A stretch of DNA of 51,428 nt, filler included, from Catajapyx aquilonaris (taxonomy: Eukaryota): assembly GCA_000934665.2 (NCBI GenBank). It is 3 parts of 3 records of this genome, joined end to end, with 100 filler letters (N's around TTAATTAATTAA, not from the genome) between each part and the next. Parts side by side here need not be neighbours in the genome. Positions count along the whole stretch, not along the records: positions 34,322 to 51,428 come from KZ539632.1; 2 more parts are not named here. One strand, 5' to 3'. The position numbers were made by a program, and so were the translations under genes. Below, piece after piece: positions 47,423 to 51,428 of the stretch (the stretch's first letter is position 1; each line of letters starts with the position of its first letter). Under the pieces are notes generated by a model, which saw nothing but the letters and a program-made list of their open reading frames with translations, made no database searches and had not been told where the DNA came from.

Positions 47423-47780
47423 AGGCTGGCCCGTATAATCAGGAGTACAGTGTAATAATTTCCATAATCCAGTTTTACCACCACTGTGGTACAGTGGTTA
47501 GTGCCACAGCATTCCACCTTTTGACACCCACAGTTTGATCCTGGGTTGGGCTGAGGAATTTCTGATGTGGAAATAGTTTCAATGGGATCTCTCTGGTGTT
47601 CACAAGATTGTCCTGTTTCACTTTTTCAATCAAAATGGGGCATCATCATTCAGTGTTAATGAAGTCAGACATATAAAAAAAATCACCTAACAGGCCACAG
47701 GCCTCTCCCAGAGTAACATAGAGGGGCACATTAATAAGTAATTCCAAAGCTTCACTACAGAAACAAAACTGACATACACA

Positions 47781-48096
47781 TATAATAATAATAATAATAA
47801 TAATAATTTGATACCCCATTATCAGCCTACGGGCTTTCCTAGGGGGGGATTTCTCCCAATTTTTTGTCTGGAACTCTTCCATTTTTACTATTTTTCTCAT
47901 CACCGGAATGAAGCAGGGAAAGGGAAGGAAGGAGGCGGCTGTGGCCTATATTACGGTAACGACCCCGGAATTATCCTGCAAGGACCATGGGAAACCACAG
48001 AAAACCATGGTCAGGGTCGCCGGCCTCCGGGATTCGAACCCAGGACCTCCCGATTAGCAGTCGGACACCATACCACTACACCACTACTGCTTCGGT
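47781..48096 (-). mobile_element. tRNA(Ser-GCT)-like SINE type A
   Basis: Same head and 3' end as 9831-10184; (TTA)n tail. Confidence 0.8.
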
Positions 48097-48098
48097 TC

Positions 48099-48100
<2 letters not shown>

Positions 48101-48157
<57 letters not shown>

Positions 48158-48410
48158 GATACCCCGTGATAGGCCTCCTTGGGCCTCTTAGGGGATCATC
48201 TTTTGAATAACCGACTTTAATCATTGCCTGTGCTGTGATGGATTTTGATTGTGGGAGGAAACGGGAGAACCCCGAGAAAACCCACGCCAACACGGAGAGA
48301 ATCCATCGAAACTCTATCCACATAAGTATCCTCCGTCCGACCCGGGGATCGAACTCGGGACCTTAGAGGTGGAAGGCTATGGCGCTAACCACTCGGCCAC
48401 CGTGTCGCCC
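48101..48410 (-). mobile_element. tRNA-derived SINE with a V-domain-like core
   Basis: Head TGGCCGAGTGG...GAGTTCGATCCCC; core GTGGGTTTTCTCGGGGTTCTCCCGTTTCCTCCCACA; 3' CACGGGGTA plus (TTA)n. Confidence 0.8.
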
Positions 48411-48437
48411 TTAACATACACATATAAACATATACAT

Positions 48438-48732
48438 CAGGGGTATTCAACTAGTTTCTGACAAGGTCCAGTATTTACCTTTCCTGGGCCATTGAAGGTC
48501 CCGGAACCCCCCCNNNNNNNNCGGAGGTTCAAGGTCACACAAGGTTAGGTGAGATGTGGGAGATTTGAATAGGTGTGTATTTGATAAAATTGGTAGCACT
48601 TTTTCCCCCCCAAAAAATCATGAATTAGTAATTTATCAAGCTATTTCAAACTGTCCTGTATATTGTCGCGGTCAGGACAAAATTGCGTCGCGGTCCGGAT
48701 CCGGACCGCGGTCCGCCAGTTGAATATCCCTG
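48438..48732. mobile_element. hAT (Charlie-like) MITE with an 8-bp TSD
   Basis: TIR CAGGG(G/A)TATTCAACT; TSD ATATACAT at 48430-48437 and 48733-48740. Confidence 0.85.
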
Positions 48733-48747
48733 ATATACATATATAAC

Positions 48748-49574
48748 AGGGCAAGTCTTTCTCTACTTTTCGACATAATCACCATACTCATTGATGCACT
48801 TATCCCACTGGGATCCTAGTTTTTCCCTGCTACTTAAAAAAGAAAAAAAAAGAAGAAGAAAAAAAAAAAACCTTCAGACTGCCAGCTACACTTCCTTTTT
48901 GCTGAAATGCTGACTGGCCAGGTGCTTCTTCATTGGTTCAAAGAGATGGTAATCACTTGGGGCCAAGTCAGGGTTGCAAGGTGGGTGCTGCAGGATATGC
49001 CATCCCCACGCCTGAATCTTCCAGCTGTCACAGGATGTGTGAGGACAGTCATGCTAATTTCTGATTGCTTATGGCAAAATGTTCCCTGAAGGCTAGGCCA
49101 AATGCCACTTATCCAGCCACATTTGTTTTTTCCCTTCAGAAGGAAATCCACTGAGGTCCTCTTGGCAGTCCTAAGAAACTGTGACCATGTGTTTCGCTGC
49201 GGATGCTGCACACTTAAATTTTTTCAGATGCAGGGAATCTGCATGCTTCCGAACCATAGTGCTGCAGCACCCACCTTACAGCCCTGACTTGGCCCCAAGT
49301 GATTACCAGCTCTTTGGACCTATGAAGAAGCACCTGGCCAGCAACACTTCAGCAACGAGAATGTGAAACAAGCCGTCCACAACTGCTGGTCTTTTTCTGC
49401 GGATGCATGGAAAAACTAGTGTCCTGCTGGGGCCAATGCATAAATGAGCATGGTGACTACGTCAAAAAATTGAGAAAGACTTGCCCTTTCATGTTGATGT
49501 AAGACTAAGTGTGTAATGAAGAGTTGTAGTTTTAAAAAGGTGTCAATTACGGGACTTTTTGATTCGCCCTTGTA
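48748..49574. mobile_element. Degenerate mariner foldback (two inverted transposase 3' ends)
   Basis: HPPYSPDLAPSDYQLFGPMKKHLA on + (about 49265-49340) and NPDLAPSDYHLFEPMKKHLA on - (about 48915-48975). A mariner-type TIR ends CGCCCTTG|TA at 49574. Confidence 0.75.
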
Positions 49575-50498
49575 TTACTATTATTACTACTATTATTATT
49601 ATTATTATTATTACTCTTCCTCTTGTATCCCTTAATGTTAACTCGATGGTTGTCCTCTCACCTATACGACCGTGTAAGTAGCGTTCTTCCTCCTTAGAAG
49701 ACAACTACTCGGCATGCCAACTACTCTCTTAGAAAAATTGCAAGAAAATACTGGACGCCGAATCTGCATGGCAGGATCCAGATACCAAAGAGTACCACAC
49801 GCGCCATCTAGTGTTCACCATTATTCTCATTAAAACTGAATAATTGCACTTCCCCCCGCTACAGTCGTGGTCGTGGTCGTCGTGGTAGTTAACTCGTAGG
49901 CGCTCGTACACCTTGCAGGTACAGAAATTTACCTCCGGTATGGCGGTATCAGTACAGTACTTTATTCGACTTTATTACCGTTTATTATTACCACGGTGAT
50001 TATTGCAATCCCCATTGACGCTGTAAGAAGCAGCGGGGGGAAGTCACACTAGCGGAGCTCATCAGATGATTTTTCTAATATAGTAAAATAGACTGTTAGA
50101 CTCCGCTCCACTAGAAGCATGGCGTAATCGGGCAATCGGCGTGAATTTAGTGGAAGTGTGTGCGCTCAGGTTGCATGGCCACAGCGGTATATTCATGGTC
50201 TTACTCCCTTTTTACAACCTGCTACTCTCTTTTTTTCCCCCACCAGTTGATAACCTATATGTGAAAGAAGTCAAGTCATGAACCAACACATCCTCACCTC
50301 GACCAGCATTACCTTGGATTAGAATAGCACAGAATAGCAGGCTGCAATACGTGCTAATGTAGTTCCTGTCATAGTCATTCTCGAGTAACAACTACGAGTC
50401 ACAAGTAAGGGAATATCAACAAATATGTGCAGGTATTTACAGAATAACAAGGGCCATACATATGGTGTCAACAGGTACCAGGAGTGGTACCAGGGCTC

Positions 50499-50674
50499 CG
50501 GAGAGTTCCGGGGTTGCTTCCTAATTTAAAAAGGCCGCAGCCACCTCCTTCCTTCCCTATCCTATATATCCCAAAAAGCAAAAAGTAAACATGTAAGCAA
50601 GAGTTCCAGACAAAACAAAAATCCCCCCTAAAGAGCCGAAAAAGGCTGATAACGGGGTAAGATATTATTATTAT
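50499..50674 (+). mobile_element. 5'-truncated type A SINE with TSD
   Basis: 3' half of the type A body ending AACGGGGTA plus (TTA)n; flanks TGGTACC(A/T)GGGCTC. Confidence 0.75.
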
Positions 50675-50774
50675 TGGTACCTGGGCTCGAAATTTTGTAG
50701 GGTTTCGCCCCAGGACAGGCTCGAGGTGTGTGCGACTTAACAGGCAATGAGGCTGGATAGCAAGTTCAAGGATT

Positions 50775-51118
50775 TTTTTTATTTATTATTTTACGTTACC
50801 CCGTGCTAAGGCTTAGCCTTTTTAGGGGGGTGGGATACCACCATTTTCACTCCGTAACTTCATACACCGGTGCAAGGAGACAAGGATGTAGGGTAGGGAT
50901 AGGGATTTTTTGGGGCCAGGGAACATAGGTGCAAGTGCAATGTCGGTAAAGGGGTCATGTGCTGTCCCCCAGGAGGTATAGGTTGCCAGACACCTCCTTG
51001 GTGCAGGTGAGAGACCCGCCTGACGCAGGTGAAAGGAAAGTTCCCCAGGCGGGGATCGAACCTGGGGCCTTTCACTCAGCAAGCCGTGACGTTACCATCA
51101 CGGCCACCGCACCTCCCC
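50775..51118 (-). mobile_element. tRNA-derived SINE type B with a 12-bp TSD
   Basis: Homologous to 43811-44150; TSD AGTTCAAGGATT at 50763-50774 and 51119-51130. Confidence 0.88.
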
Positions 51119-51139
51119 AGTTCAAGGATTATAATAATA

Positions 51140-51428
51140 CTAGCAGCGGTACCCGTTCTTCGCACGGGGAAAAAATAGCGTGGATAATTACAACGAAATC
51201 TTCTTAGATCTCAAGCAATATTAAATGCAAAACTGCTCATTCCCTTGCATAATTACGTAGGCACTGGAAGGGTGTAACAATTCTGGTTTGTTTGCGTAAT
51301 AAAGAGCCACGCAACTATGGCTATGTTGACCTTGGATTTTCAACCAACGTTAACTGTCGTGTAGGTTCAAATAATTGAGGGTAAGGCTGTATTAAAAATG
51401 AATTTAATGTGATGTATATTTACACTGG
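51140..51428 (-). mobile_element. 3' end of a Helitron, continuing beyond the window
   Basis: Minus-strand hairpin CCCGT-GCGAAGA-ACGGG followed by CTAG|T. Confidence 0.6.

Noticed and set aside
49900..50170. Possible TAF6L non-coding first exon/promoter (CpG-richer, GAG|GTAAAT donor on the minus strand)
   Set aside because: Plausible, but not supportable without transcript data.

Overview
Repeat-rich eukaryotic genomic DNA, most likely from an arthropod (divergent ionotropic receptor, BalaT-like SLC22, spliceosomal GT-AG introns). Two 100-base N gaps with a central TTAATTAATTAA linker (17067-17166, 34222-34321) split it into three blocks whose true adjacency is unproven. Genes: the first coding exon of an SLC22/BalaT-like transporter (+); a MATH-BTB (SPOP-like) gene and a divergent ionotropic receptor (both +, intronless CDS, each split by one -1 frameshift); the 3' four exons of a TRAIP/nopo-like RING ligase (-); the 5' four coding exons of TAF6L (-); and an unannotated spliced exon pair whose only stops are TGA (-). 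Most of the rest is nested mobile DNA. At least five tRNA-derived SINE types occur, four of which share a covarying 3' stem-loop. There are also non-autonomous Transib-, Kolobok-, piggyBac-, hAT-, P-, Sola-, Tc1/mariner- and Helitron-like elements, and foldback elements built from two inverted transposase 3' ends. No prokaryotic systems, CRISPR arrays, rRNA or intact tRNA genes were seen. All family assignments come from motif recognition by eye, not from database searches.
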